Assembly: GCA_030390025.1 (NCBI GenBank) | Contig: CM059432.1 | Location: forward strand, 133,240,001 to 133,304,000 | From: Squalus acanthias | Taxonomy: Eukaryota | DNA length: 64,000 bases | Reading direction: 5' to 3' | Made by a program: the position numbers and the translations under genes | In this document: positions 32,601 to 47,600 of the stretch, piece after piece | How positions within the stretch are numbered: the stretch's first letter is position 1 | Layout of the letters: every line of letters starts with the position of its first letter | The notes under the pieces: generated by a model | What the model was told of the DNA's origin: nothing | The model's input: only the letters and a program-made list of their open reading frames with translations | Databases searched by the model: none

Positions 32601-35600
32601 AGAGTTAGGATCTCTGTCCCCAGAAAGAGTTAGCATTTCTATTAACAGATAGATTTAGGATTTCTGTCGCCAGATAGAGTAAGGATCTCTGTCTGCAGAT
32701 AGATTTAGCATCTCTGTCCCCAGATAGAGTTCGTACCTCTGTCCCCAGATAGAGTTAGGATCTCTGTCCCCAGATAGAGTTCGGACCTCTGTTCATAGAT
32801 AGAGTTAGGATCTCTGTCCCCAGAGAGGGTTAGGGTCTCTGTCCTCATATAGGGTTTGCATTTCTGTCTCCAGATAGAGTTAGGATTCTGTTCCCAGATA
32901 GATGTTAGTATCTCTGTCCCCAGATAGAGTTCGGATCTCTGTCCCCAGACAGAGTTAGGATCTCTGTCCCCAGATAGAGTTAGGAACTCTGTCCCCAGAT
33001 AGAGTTAGCATCTCTATCAACAGATAGATTTAGGATTTCTGTCCCCAGATAGATGTTAAGATCTCTGTCTGCAGATAGGTTTAGGGTCTCTGTTCGCAGA
33101 TAGAGTTAGGATCTCACTCTCCAGATAGAGTCAGGATCTCTGTCCCCAGGTAAAGTTAGGATCACTGTCCCCAGATAGAGTTAAGATCTCTGCTCACAGA
33201 TAGAGTTAGGATCACTGTCCCCAGATAGAATTAGGATCTCTGTCCCCAGATAGAGTTAGGATCTCTGTCCCCAGATAGAGTTAGGATCTCTGTCCCCAGA
33301 TAGAGTTAGCATTTCTATTAAAAGATAGATTTAGGATTTCTATCCCCAGATAGATTAAGGATCTCTGTCTGCAGATACGTTTAGGGTCTATGTTCACAGA
33401 TAGTGTTAGAATCTCTGTCCCCAGATAGGGTTAGGATCTCTGTCACCAGATAGAGTTTGGACCCCTGTTCATAGATAGAGTTAGGATCACTGTCCCCAGA
33501 GAGGGTTAGGGTCTCTTTCCTCATATAGGGTTAGCTTTCTGTCCCCAGATAGAGTTAGTGTCCCTGTTCCCAGATAGTGTTAGCATCTCTGTCCCCAGAT
33601 AGAGTTAGGATCCTTGTCCCCAGATAGAGTTAGGATCTCTGTCCCCAGATAGAGTCAGGATCTCTGTCCCCAGATAGAGATAGATTCACTCTCCCCAGAT
33701 AGAGTCAGCATCACTGTCCCCTGATAGAGTTATGTTCTCTGTCCCCAGATAGAGTTCGGATCTCTGATCCCAGATAGAGTTCGGATCTCTTTCCCCAGAT
33801 AGAGTCAGAATCTCTGTCACCAGATAGAGTTAGGATATCTGTCGCCAGATAGAGTTAGGATTCTGTTCCCAGATAGATGTTAGTATCTCTGTCCCCAGAT
33901 AGAGTTAGGAACTCTATCCCCAGATAGAGTTAGCATCTCTATCAACAGATAGATTTAGGATTTCTGTCCCCAGATAGATGTTAGGATCTCTGTCTGCAGA
34001 TAAGTTTAGGGTCTCTGTTCACAGATAGAGTTAGGATCTCTGTTCACAGATAGAGTTAGGATCTCTGTCCCCAGATAGGGTTAAGATTTCTGTTCACAGA
34101 TAATGATAGGATCTCTGTCCCCAGATAGAGTAAGGATCTCTGTCCCCAGATAGAGTTAGGATCTCTGTCCCCAGATAGAGGTAAGTTCTCTGTTGTCAAA
34201 TAGGGTTAGGATCTCTGTCACCAGATAGAGTAAGGATCTCTGTCCCCAGATAGAGTTAGGATCTCTGTCACCAGAAAGAGTTAGGATCTCTGTCCCCAGA
34301 TAGAGTTAGGATCTCTGTTCGCAGATAGAGTTAGGATCTCACTCTCCAGATAGAGTCAGCACCTCTGTCCCCAGATAAAGTTTGGATCTCTGTCCCCAGA
34401 TAGAGTTAAGATCTCTGCTCACAGATAGAGTTAGGATCTCTGTCCCCAGATAGAATTAGGATCTCTGTCCCCAGATAGAGTTAGGATCTCTGTCCCCAGA
34501 TAGAGTTAGGATCTCTGTCCCCAGATAGCGTTAGGATCTCTGTCCCCAGATAGAGTTAGGATCTCTGTACAAAGATAGATTTAGGATCTCTGTCCCCAGA
34601 TACATTTAGCATCTCTGTTCCCAGATAGAGTTGGTATCTCTGTCCCCGGATAGAGTTCGTATCTCTGTCACCAGATAAGGTTATGATCTCTGTTCACAGA
34701 TAAGGTTAGGATCTGTGTCCCCAGATAGAGTTTCTATTTCTGTCCGCAGATAGAGTTAGGATCTCTGTCCCCAGATAGAGTTCGGATCTCTGTCCCCAGA
34801 TAGAGTTAGGATCTCTGTCTGCAGATAGGTTTAGGGTCTCTGTTCACAGATAGAGTTAGAATCTCTGTCCCCAGATAGGGTTAGGATCTCTGTCACCAGA
34901 TAGAGTTCGGACCTCTGTTCATAGATAGAGTTAGGATCTCTGTTCCCAGAGCGCGTTAGGGTCTCTTTCCTCATATAGGGTTTGCATTTCTGTCCCCTGA
35001 TAGGGTTAGCATTCTGTCCCCAGATAGAGTTAGTGTCCCTGTCCCCAGATAGAGTTAGCATCTCTGTCCCCAGATAGAGTTAGGATCCTTGTCCCCAGAT
35101 AAATTTAGGATCTCTGTCCCCAGATAGGGTTAGGATCTCTTTTCACAGATCGAGTTAGGATCTCTGTCCCCAGATAGGGTTATGATTTCTGTTCACAGAT
35201 AAGGTTAGGATCTGTGTCCCCAGATAGAGTTAGGATCTCTTTCCCCAGAGAGAGTTAGGATCTCTGTCCCCAGATAGAGTTCGGATCTCTTTCCCCAGAT
35301 AGAGTTCAGATCTCTGTTCACAGATATAGTTAGTATCTCTGTCTCCAGATAGAGTTAGGATATCTGTCGCCAGATACAGTTAGGATCTCTCTCCCCAGGT
35401 AGAGTTCGGATCTCTGTCCCCAGATAGAGTCAGGATCTCTGTCACCAGATAGAGTAAGGATCTCTGTCCCCAGATAGGGTTAGGATCTCTTTTCACAGAT
35501 AGAGTTAGGATCTCTGTCCCCAGATTGGGTTTGGATCTCTGTCCCCAGATAGTTTTAGGATCGCAGTTGCCAAATAGGGTTTGCATCTCTGTTGACAGAT

Positions 35601-38600
35601 AGAGTTAGGATCTCTGTCCCCAGATAGAATTTGGGTCTCTGTCCTCAGATAGAGTTAGGGTCTCTGTCCCTAGATAGGTTTAGGATCTCTGACCACAGAT
35701 AGAGTTTGGATATCTGTCCCCAGATAAAGTTAGGATCTCTGTCCCAAGATAGGGTTAGCATCTCTGTCCGCAGATAGAGTTAGGATCTCTGCCCCAGATA
35801 GAGTTCGGATCTCTGTCCCCAGATAGAGTTAGGATCTCTGTCTGCAGATAGGTTTAGGGTCTCTGTTCACAGATAGAGTTAGAATCTCTGTCCCCAGATA
35901 GGGTTAGGATCTCTGTCACCAGATAGAGTTCGGACCTCTGTTCATAGATAGAGTTAGGATCTCTGTTCCCAGAGCGCGTTAGGGTCTCTTTCCTCATATA
36001 GGTTTGCATTCTGTCCCCTGATAGGGTTAGCATTCTGTCCCAGATAGAGTTAGCATCTCTGTCAACAGATAGATTTAGGATTTCTGTCCCAGATAGATGT
36101 TAAGATCTCTGTCTGCAGATAGGTTTAGGGTCTCTGTTCGCAGATAGAGTTAGGATCTCACTCTCCAGATAGAGTCAGGATCTCTGTCCCCAGGTAAAGT
36201 TAGGATCACTGTCCCCAGATAGAGTTAAGATCTCTGCTCACAGATAGAGTTAGGATCACTGTCCCCAGATAGAATTAGGATCTCTGTCCCCAGATAGAGT
36301 TAGGATCTCTGTCACCAGATAGAGTTTGGACCCCTGTTCATAGATAGAGTTAGGATCACTGTCCCCAGAGAGGGTTAGGGTCTCTTTCCTCATATAGGGT
36401 TAGCTTTCTGTCCCCAGATAGAGTTAGTGTCCCTGTTCCCAGATAGTGTTAGCATCTCTGTCCCCAGATAGAGTTAGGATCCTTGTCCCCAGATAGAGTT
36501 AGGATCTCTGTCCCCAGATAGAGTCAGCATCACTGTCCCCTGATAGAGTTATGTTCTCTGTCCCCAGATAGAGTTCGGATCTCTGATCCCAGATAGAGTT
36601 CGGATCTCTTTCCCCAGATAGAGTCAGAATCTCTGTCACCAGATAGAGTTAGGATATCTGTCGCCAGATAGAGTTAGGATTCTGTTCCCAGATAGATGTT
36701 AGTATCTCTGTCCCCAGATAGAGTTAGGAACTCTATCCCCAGATAGAGTTAGCATCTCTATCAACAGATAGATTTAGGTACTCTGTCCCCAGATAGAGTT
36801 TGTATCTCTGTCCCCAGATAAGGTTATGATCTCTGTTCACAGATAAGGTTAGGATCACTGTCCCCAGATAGAGTTAAGATCTCTGCTCACAGATAGAGTT
36901 AGGATCACTGTCCCCAGATAGAATTAGGATCTCTGTCCCCAGATAGAGTTAGGATCTCTGTCACCAGATAGAGTTTGGACCCCTGTTCATAGATAGAGTT
37001 AGGATCACTGTCCCCAGAGAGGGTTAGGGTCTCTTTCCTCATATAGGGTTAGCTTTCTGTCCCCAGATAGAGTTAGTGTCCCTGTTCCCAGATAGTGTTA
37101 GCATCTCTGTCCCCAGATAGAGTTAGGATCCTTGTCCCCAGATAGAGTTAGGATCTCTGTCCCCAGATAGAGTCAGCATCACTGTCCCCTGATAGAGTTA
37201 TGTTCTCTGTCCCCAGATAGAGTTCGGATCTCTGATCCCAGATAGAGTTCGGATCTCTTTCCCCAGATAGAGTCAGAATCTCTGTCACCAGATAGAGTTA
37301 GGATATCTGTCGCCAGATAGAGTTAGGATTCTGTTCCCAGATAGATGTTAGTATCTCTGTCCCCAGATAGAGTTAGGAACTCTATCCCCAGATAGAGTTA
37401 GCATCTCTATCAACAGATAGATTTAGGATTTCTGTCCCCAGATAGATGTTAGGATCTCTGTCTGCAGATAAGTTTAGGGTCTCTGTTCACAGATAGAGTT
37501 AGGATCTCTGTTCACAGATAGAGTTAGGATCTCTGTCCCCAGATAGGGTTAAGATTTCTGTTCACAGATAATGATAGGATCTCTGTCCCCAGATAGAGTA
37601 AGGATCTCTGTCCCCAGATAGAGTTAGGATCTCTGTCCCCAGATAGAGGTAAGTTCTCTGTTGTCAAATAGGGTTAGGATCTCTGTCACCAGAAAGAGTA
37701 AGGATCTCTGTCCCCAGATAGAGTTAGGATCTCTGTCCGCAGATAGATTTAGCATCTCTGTTCCCAGTTGGAGTTGGTATCTCTGTCCGCAGATTGAATT
37801 AGGATATCTGTCCCCAGATAGAGTTAGGATCTCTGTCGCCAGATAGAGTTAGGTACTCTGTCCCCAGATAGAGTTTGTATCTCTGTCCCCAGATAAGGTT
37901 ATGATCTCTGTTCACAGATAAGGTTAGGATCTGTGTCCCCAGATAGAGTTCGGATCTCTGTCCCCAGATAGAGTTAGGATCTCTGTCCCCAGAAAGAGTT
38001 AGCATTTCTATTAACAGATAGATTTAGGATTTCTGTCGATCAGATAGAGTAAGGATCTCTGTCTGCAGATAGATTTAGCATCTCTGTCCCCAGATAGAGT
38101 TCGTACCTCTGTCCCCAGATAGAGTTAGGATCTCTGTCCCCAGATAGAGTTCGGACCTCTGTTCATAGATAGAGTTAGGATCTCTGTCCTCAGAGAGGGT
38201 TAGGGTCTCTGTCCTCATATAGGGTTTGCATTTCTGTCTCCAGATAGAGTTAGGATTCTGTTCCCAGATAGATGTTAGTATCTCTGTCCCCAGATAGAGT
38301 TCGGATCTCTGTCCCCAGACAGAGTTAGGATCTCTGTCCCCAGATAGAGTTAGGATATCTGTCCCCAGATAGAGTTAGCATCTCTATCAACAGATAGATT
38401 TAGGATTTCTGTCCCCAGATAGATGTTAAGATCTCTGTCTGCAGATAGGTTTAGGGTCTCTGTTCGCAGATAGAGTTAGGATCTCACTCTCCAGATAGAG
38501 TCAGGATCTCTGTCCCCAGGTAAAGTTAGGATCACTGTCCCCAGATAGAGTTAAGATCTCTGCTCACAGATAGAGTTAGGATCACTGTCCCCAGATAGAA

Positions 38601-41600
38601 TTAGGATCTCTGTCCCCAGATAGAGTTAGGATCTCTGTCCCCAGATAGAGTTAGGATCTCTGTCCCCAGATAGAGTTAGCATTTCTATTAAAAGATAGAT
38701 TTAGGATTTCTATCCCCAGATAGATTAAGGATCTCTGTCTGCAGATACGTTTAGGGTCTATGTTCACAGATAGTGTTAGAATCTCTGTCCCCAGATAGGG
38801 TTAGGATCTCTGTCACCAGATAGAGTTTGGACCCCTGTTCATAGATAGAGTTGGGATCACTGTCCCCAGAGAGGGTTAGGGTCTCTTTCCTCATATAGGG
38901 TTAGCTTTCTGTCCCCAGATAGAGTTAGTGTCCCTGTTCCCAGATAGTGTTAGCATCTCTGTCCCCAGATAGAGTTAGGATCCTTGTCCCCAGATAGAGT
39001 TAGGATCTCTGTCCCCAGATAGAGTCAGGATCTCTGTCCCCAGATAGAGATAGATTCACTCTCCCCAGATAGGGTCAGCATCACTGTCCCCTGATAGAGT
39101 TATGTTCTCTGTCCCCAGATAGAGTTCGGATCTCTGATCCCAGATAGAGTTCGGATCTCTGTCCGCAGATAGAGTTAGGATCTCTGTCCCCAGATAGAGT
39201 TCGGATCTCTGTCCCCAGATAGAGTTAGGATCTCTGTCTGCAGATAGGTTTAGGGTCTCTGTTCACAGATAGAGTTAGAATCTCTGTCCCCAGATAGGGT
39301 TAGGATCTCTGTCACCAGATAGAGTTCGGACCTCTGTTCATAGATAGAGTTAGGATCTCTGTTCCCAGAGCGCGTTAGGGTCTCTTTCCTCATATAGGGT
39401 TAGCATTCTGTCCCCAGATAGAGTTAGCATCTCTATCAACAGATAGATTTAGGATTTCTGTCCCCAGATAGATGTTAAGATCTCTGTCTGCAGATAGGTT
39501 TAGGGTCTCTGTTCGCAGATAGAGTTAGGATCTCACTCTCCAGATAGAGTCAGGATCTCTGTCCCCAGGTAAAGTTAGGATCACTGTCCCCAGATAGAGT
39601 TAAGATCTCTGCTCACAGATAGAGTTAGGATCACTGTCCCCAGATAGAATTAGGATCTCTGTCCCCAGATAGAGTTAGGATCTCTGTCCCCAGATAGAGT
39701 TAGGATCTCTGTCCCCAGATAGAGTTAGCATTTCTATTAAAAGATAGATTTAGGATTTCTATCCCCAGATAGATTAAGGATCTCTGTCTGCAGATACGTT
39801 TAGGGTCTATGTTCACAGATAGTGTTAGAATCTCTGTCCCCAGATAGGGTTAGGATCTCTGTCACCAGATAGAGTTTGGACCCCTGTTCATAGATAGAGT
39901 TAGGATCACTGTCCCCAGAGAGGGTTAGGGTCTCTTTCCTCATATAGGGTTAGCTTTCTGTCCCCAGATAGAGTTAGTGTCCCTGTTCCCAGATAGTGTT
40001 AGCATCTCTGTCCCCAGATAGAGTTAGGATCCTTGTCCCCAGATAGAGTTAGGATCTCTGTCCCCAGATAGAGTCAGCATCACTGTCCCCTGATAGAGTT
40101 ATGTTCTCTGTCCCCAGATAGAGTTCGGATCTCTGATCCCAGATAGAGTTCGGATCTCTTTCCCCAGATAGAGTCAGAATCTCTGTCACCAGATAGAGTT
40201 AGGATATCTGTCGCCAGATAGAGTTAGGATTCTGTTCCCAGATAGATGTTAGTATCTCTGTCCCCAGATAGAGTTAGGAACTCTATCCCCAGATAGAGTT
40301 AGCATCTCTATCAACAGATAGATTTAGGATTTCTGTCCCCAGATAGATGTTAGGATCTCTGTCTGCAGATAGGTTTAGGGTCTCTGTTCACAGATAGAGT
40401 TAGGATCTCTGTTCACAGATAGAGTTAGGATCTCTGTCCCCAGATAGGGTTAGGATTTCTGTTCACAGATAATGATAGGATCTCTGTCCCCAGATAGAGT
40501 AAGGATCTCTGTCCCCAGATAGAGTTAGGATCTCTGTCCCCAGATAGAGGTAAGTTCTCTGTTGTCAAATAGGGTTAGGATCTCTGTCACCAGATAGAGT
40601 AAGGATCTCTGTCCCCAGATAGAGTTAGGATCTCTGTCACCAGAAAGAGTTAGGATCTCTGTCCCCAGATAGAGTTAGGATCTCTGTTCGCAGATAGAGT
40701 TAGGATCTCACTCTCCAGATAGAGTCAGCACCTCTGTCCCCAGATAAAGTTTGGATCTCTGTCCCCAGATAGAGTTAAGATCTCTGCTCACAGATAGAGT
40801 TAGGATCTCTGTCCCCAGATAGAATTAGGATCTCTGTCCCCAGATAGAGTTAGGATCTCTGTCCCCAGATAGAGTTAGGATCTCTGTCCCCAGATAGCGT
40901 TAGGATCTCTGTCCCCAGATAGAGTTAGGATCTCTGTACAAAGATAGATTTAGGATCTCTGTCCCCAGATACATTTAGCATCTCTGTTCCCAGATAGAGT
41001 TGGTATCTCTGTCCCCGGATAGAGTTCGTATCGCTGTCACCAGATAAGGTTATGATCTCTGTTCACAGATAAGGTTAGGATCTGTGTCCCCAGATAGAGT
41101 TTCTATTTCTGTCCGCAGATAGAGTTAGGATCTCTGTCCCCAGATAGAGTTCGGATCTCTGTCCCCAGATAGAGTTAGGATCTCTGTCTGCAGATAGGTT
41201 TAGGGTCTCTGTTCACAGATAGAGTTAGAATCTCTGTCCCCAGATAGGGTTAGGATCTCTGTCACCAGATAGAGTTCGGACCTCTGTTCATAGATAGAGT
41301 TAGGATCTCTGTTCCCAGAGCGCGTTAGGGTCTCTTTCCTCATATAGGGTTTGCATTTCTGTCCCATGATAGGGTTAGCATTCTGTCCCCAGATAGAGTT
41401 AGTGTCCCTGTCCCCAGATAGAGTTAGGATCCTTGTCCGCAGATAGAGTTAGGATCTCTGTCCCCAGATAGAGTAAGGATCTCTGTTCGCAGATAGAGTT
41501 AGGATCTCATTCACCAGATAGAGTCAGGATCTCTGTCCCCAGATAAATTTAGGATCTCTGTCCCCAGATAGGGTTAGGATCTCTTTTCACAGATCGAGTT

Positions 41601-44600
41601 AGGATCTCTGTCCCCAGATAGGGTTATGATTTCTGTTCACAGATAAGGTTAGGATCTGTGTCCCCAGATAGAGTTAGGATCTCTGTTCACAGATAGATTT
41701 TGGATCTCTGTCCCCAGATAGAGTTTGCACCTCTGTTCATAGATAGAGTTAGGATCTCTTTCCCCAGAGAGAGTTAGGATCTCTGTCCCCAGATAGAGTT
41801 CGGATCTCTTTCCCCAGATAGAGTTCAGATCTCTTTCCCCAGATAGAGTTCAGATCTCTGTTCACAGATATAGTTAGTATCTCTGTCTCCAGATAGAGTT
41901 AGGATATCTGTCGCCAGATACAGTTAGGATCTCTCTCCCCAGATAGAGTTCGGATCTCTGTCCCCAGATAGAGTCAGGATCTCTGTCACCAGATAGAGTA
42001 AGGATCTCTGTCCCCAGATAGGGTTAGGATCTCTTTTCACAGATAGAGTTAGGATCTCTGTCCCCAGATTGGGTTTGGATCTCTGTCCCCAGATAGTTTT
42101 AGGATCGCTGTTGCCAAATAGGGTTTGTATCTCTGTTGACAGATAGAGTTAGGATCTCTGTCCCCAGATAGAATTAGGGTCTCTGTCCTCAGATAGAGTT
42201 AGGGTCTCTGTCCCTAGATAGGTTTAGGATCTCTGACCACAGATAGAGTTTGGATATCTGTCCCCAGATAAAGTTAGGATCTCTGTCCCCAGATAGGGTT
42301 AGCATCTCTGTCCACAGATAGAGTTAGGATTTCTCCCCAGATAAAGTTATGTTCTCTGTCCCCAGATACAGTTAGTTTCAGTCTCCCCAGATAGAGTCAG
42401 CATCTCTGTCCCCAGATAGAGTTCGGTTCTCTGTTCCCAGATAGAGTTTGGGTCTCTGTCCCCAGATCGTTTTAGGATCTCTGTTGCCAAATATGGTTAG
42501 GATCTCTGTTCACAGATAGAGTTAGGATATCTGTCCCCAGATAAAGTAAGGTACTCTGTCCCCAGATTGAATTAGGATCTCTGTCCCCAGATAGAGTTAG
42601 GATATCTGTCCCCAGATATGGTTAGCATCTCTGTCCACAGATAGAGTTAGTATCTCAGTTCACAGATAGAGTTAGGTTTTCTGTCTCCAAATAGAGTTTG
42701 GGTCTCTGTCCCCAAATAGAATAGGTTCTCTGTCCCCAGATAGATTTAGGATCTCTTTTCACAGAGAGAGTTAGGATCTCTGTCACCAGATAGAGTCAGC
42801 ATCTCTGTCCACAGATAGGGTTAGGATCTCTGTTCCCAGATAGGGTTAGGATCTCTGTCTTCAGAGAGTATTAGCATCTCTGTCCCCAGATAGGGTTAGG
42901 ATCTCGGTCACCATATAGAGTTAGGATCTCTGTCCCCAGATAGAGTTAGGATCTCTGTCCCCAGATAGAGTGAGGATCTCTGATCCCAGATAGAGTTTGG
43001 ATCTCTTTCCCCAGATAGAGTTCAGATCTCTGTTCACAGATATCGTTAGTATCTCTGTCTCCAGATAGAGTTAGGATATCTGTCGCCATATAGAGTTAGG
43101 ATCTCTGTACCCAGATAGAGTTCGGATCTCTGTCTCCAGATAGAGTTAGGATCTCTGTCCCCAGATAGAGTCAGCATCATTGTCCAGAGATAGGATTAGG
43201 ATCTCTGTACCCAGAGAGAGTTAGGATCCCTGTCCCCAGATAGAGTTAGGACCTCTGTCCCCAGATAGAGTTAGGATCTCTGTCCCCAGATAGAGTTCGG
43301 ATGTCTGTTCATATATAGAGTTAGGATCTCTGTGCCCAGATAGAGTTAGGATCTCTGTGCCCAGATAGATTTCGGATCTCTGTCCCCATATAGAGTCAGG
43401 ATCTCTGTCACCAGATAGAGTAAGAATCTCTGTTCGCAGATAGAGTTAGGATCTATCTCTCCAGCTAGAGTCAGGATCTCTGTCCCCAGATAAAGTTAGG
43501 ATCTCTGTCCCCAGATAGAGTTAGGATCTCTGCTCACAGATAGGGTTAGGATCTCTTTTCACAGATCGAGTTAGGATCTCTGTTACCAGTTTAGGTTTGG
43601 ATCTCTGTCCCCAGATAGTTTTCGGATCTCTGTTGCCAAATAGGGTTTGCATCTCTGTTGACAGATAGATTTAGGATCTCTGTCCCCAGATAGAGTTAGG
43701 ATCTCTGTCCCCAGATAGAATTAGGATCTCTGTCCTCAGATAGAGTTAGGGTCTCTGTCCCCAGATAGGTTTAGGATCTCTGTTCACAGATAGAGTTAGG
43801 ATCTCTGTCCCCAGATAGAGTTAGGATATCTGTCCCCAGATAAAGTTAGGATCTCTGTCCCCAGATTGAATTAGGATCTCTGTCCCCAGATATGGTTAGC
43901 ATCCCTGTCCCCAGATAGAGTTAGGATCTCTGTCCCCAGATAAAGTTAGGATATCTGTCCACAGATAGGGTTAGGATCTCTGTTCCCAGATAGAGTCAGC
44001 ATCTCTGTCCACAGATAGAGTTCAGATCTCTGTTCACAGATATAGTTGGTATCTCTGTCTCCAGATAGAGTTAGGATCCCTGTCCTCAGATAGGATTAGC
44101 GTCTCTGTCCCCAGATAGGGTTAGGATCTCGGTCACCATACAGAGTTAGGATCTCTGTCCCCAGATAGAGTTAGGATCTCTGATCCCAGATAGAGTTTGG
44201 ATCTCTTTCCCCAGATAGAGTTCAGATCTCTGTTCACAGATATAGTTAGTATCTCTGTCTCCAGATAGAGTTAGGATCTCTGTCTCCAGATAGAGTTAGG
44301 TCTCTGACGCCAGAAAGAGTCAGGATCTCTGTCCCCAGATAGAGTTCGGATCTCTGTGCCAAGATAGAGTCAGCATCATTGTCCACAGATAGGATTAGGA
44401 TCTCTGTTCCCAGACAGAGTTAGGATCCCTGTCCCCAGACAGAGTTAGGATCTCTGTCCCCAGATAGAGTTAGGATCTCTGTCCCCAGATTGAGTTCGGA
44501 TGTCTGTTCACAGATAGAGTTAGGATCTCTCTCTCCAGCTAGAGTCAGGATCTCTGTCCCCATATTAAGTTAGGATCTCTGTCCCCAGATAGGGTTAGGA

Positions 44601-47600
44601 TCTCTTTTCACAGATCGAGTTAGGATCTCTGTTCCCAGTTTAGGTTTGGATCTCTGTCCCCAGATAGTTTTCAGATCTCTGTTGCCAAATAGGGTTTGTA
44701 TCTCTGTCGACAGATAGAGTTAGGATCTCTGTCCCCAGATAGAGTTAGGATCTCTGTCCCCAGATAGAGTTAGTATCTCTGTCCCCAGATAGAGTCAGCA
44801 TCTCTGTCCACAGATAGGGTTAGGATCTCTGTTCCCAGATAGAGTCAGCATCTCTGTCCACAGATAGAGTTCAGATCTCTGTTCACAGATAGGATTAGCA
44901 TCTCTGTCCCCAGATAGGGTTAGGATCTCGGTCACCATACAGAGTTAGGATCTCTGTCCCCAGATAGAGTTAGGATCTCTGAACCCAGATAGAGTTTGGA
45001 TCTCTTTCCCCAGATAGAGTTCAGATCTCTGTTCACAGATATAGTTAGTATCTCTGTCTCCAGATAGAGTTAGGATCTCTGTCTCCAGATAGAGTTAGGT
45101 CTCTGACGCCAGAAAGAGTCAGGATCTCTGTCCCCTGATAGAGTTCGGATCTCTGTGCCCAGATAGAGTCAGCATCATTGTCCACAGATAGGATTAGGAT
45201 CTCTGTTCCCAGACAGAGTTAGGATCCCTGTCCCCAGATAGAGTTAGGATCTCTGTCCCCAGATAGAGTTAGGATCTCTGTCCCCAGATTGAGTTTGGAT
45301 GTCTGTTCACAGATCGAGTTAGGATCTCTCTCTCCAGCTAGATTCAGGATCTCTGTCCCCAGATAAAGGTAGGATCTCTGTCCCCAGATAGGGTTAGGAT
45401 CTCTTTTCACAGATCGAGTTAGGATCTCTGTTCCCAGTTTAGGTTTGGATCTCTGTCCCCAGATAGTTTTCGGATCTCTGTTGCCAAATAGGGTTTGTAT
45501 CTCTGTTGACAGATAGAGTTAGGATCTCTGTCCCCAGATAGAGTTAGGATCTCTGTCCCCAGATAGAATTAGGATCTCTGTCCTCAGATAGAGTTAGGGT
45601 CTCTGTCCCCAGATAGGGTTAGGATCTCTGTTCACAGATAGAGTTAGGATATCTGTCCCCAGATAAAGTTAGGATCTCTGTCCCCAGATTGAATTAGGAT
45701 CTGTGTCCCCAGATATGGTTAGCATCTCTGTCCACAGATAGAGTTAGTATCTCTTTCCCCAGATAGAGTTAGGATCTCTGTCCCCAGATAAAGTTAGGAT
45801 ATCTGTCCCCAGATAAAGTTAGGATCTCTGTCCCCAGATATGTTTAGCATCTCTGTCCACAGATAGAGTTAGTATCTCTGTCCCCAGATAGAGTTAGGAT
45901 CTCTGTTCACAGATAGAGTTAGGATCTCTGTCCCCAGATAGGGTTAGGATCTCTGTCCCCAGACAGAGTTAGGATCTCTGTCCCCAGATAGAGTCAGTAT
46001 CTCTGTCGCCAGATAGTGTTCGGATCTCTGTCCCCAGATAGAGTTAGGATCTCTGCCCCAGATAGAGTTTGGTTCTCTGTCCCCTGATAGAGTTAGGATC
46101 TCTGTCCCCAGATAGTGTTAGGACCTCTGTCCCCAGATAGAGTAAGGATCTCTGTTCCCAGACAGAGTCAGCATCTCTGTCCACAGATAGAGTTCAGATC
46201 TCTGTTCACAGATATAGTTAGTATCTCTATCTCCAGATAGAGTTCGGATCCCTGTCCTCAGATAGGATTAGCATCTCTGTCCCCAGATAGGGTTAGGATC
46301 TCGGTCACCATACAGAGTTAGGATCTCTGTCCCCAGATAGAGTTAGGATCTCTGATCCCAGATAGAGTTTGGATCTCTTTCCCCAGATAGAGTTCAGATC
46401 TCTGTTCACAGATATAGTTTGTATCTCTGTCTCCAGATAGAGTTAGGATCTCTGTCTCCAGATAGAGTTAGGTCTCTGTCGCCAGATAGAGTCAGGATCT
46501 CTGTCCCCAGATAGAGTTCAGATCTCTGTCCCCAGATAGAGTCAGGATCTCTGTTCACAGATAGGGGTAGGATCTCTGTCCCCAGATAAATTCAGCATCT
46601 CTGTCCCCAGATAGAGTTCGGATCTCTGTCCCCTGATAGAGTTAGGATATCTGTCCCCAGATAGAGTTAGGATCTCTGTTCCCAGATAGGGTTAGGATTT
46701 CTGTTCACAGGTAAGGTTAGGATCTCTGTCCCCAGAGTGGGTTTGGATCTCTGTCCCCAGATAGTTTTAGGATCTCTGTTGCCAAATATGGTTAGGACCT
46801 CTGTTCACAGATCGAGTTAGGATCTCTGTCCTCCAGATATAATTAGGATCTCTGTCCCCAGATAGAGTTAGGATCTGTGTCCCCAGATAGAGTTAGGATC
46901 TCTGTTCACAGATAGATTTTGGATCTCTGTCCCCAGAGACAGTTCGGACCTCTGTTCATAGATAGTGTCTGGATCTCTGTCCCCAGAGAGGGTTAGTGTC
47001 TCTGTCCTCATATTGGGTTTGCATTTCTGTCTCCAGATAGAGTTAGGATTCTGTTCCCAGATAGATGTTAGTATCTCTGTCCCCAGATAGAGTTCGGATC
47101 TCTGTCCCCAGACAGAGTTAGGATCTCTGTCCCCAGATAGAGTTAGGAACTCTGTCCCCAGATAGAGTTAGCATCTCTATCAACAGATAGATTTAGGATT
47201 TCTGTCCCCAGATAGGTGTTAGGATCTCTGTCTGCAGATAGGTTTAGGGTCTCTGTTCACAGCTAGAGTTAGGATCTCTGCCCCAGATAGAGTTTGGTTC
47301 TCTGTCCCCTGATAGAGTTAGGATCTCTGTCCCCAGATAGTGTTAGGACCTCTGTCCCCAGATAGAGTAAGGATCTCTGTTCCCAGACAGAGTCAGCATC
47401 TCTGTCCACAGATAGAGTTCAGATCTCTGTTCACAGATATAGTTAGTATCTCTATCTCCAGATAGAGTTCGGATCCCTGTCCTCAGATAGGATTAGCATC
47501 TCTGTCCCCAGATAGGGTTAGGATCTCTGATCCCAGATAGAGTTTGGATCTCTTTCCCCAGATAGAGTTCAGATCTCTGTTCACAGATATAGTTTGTATC

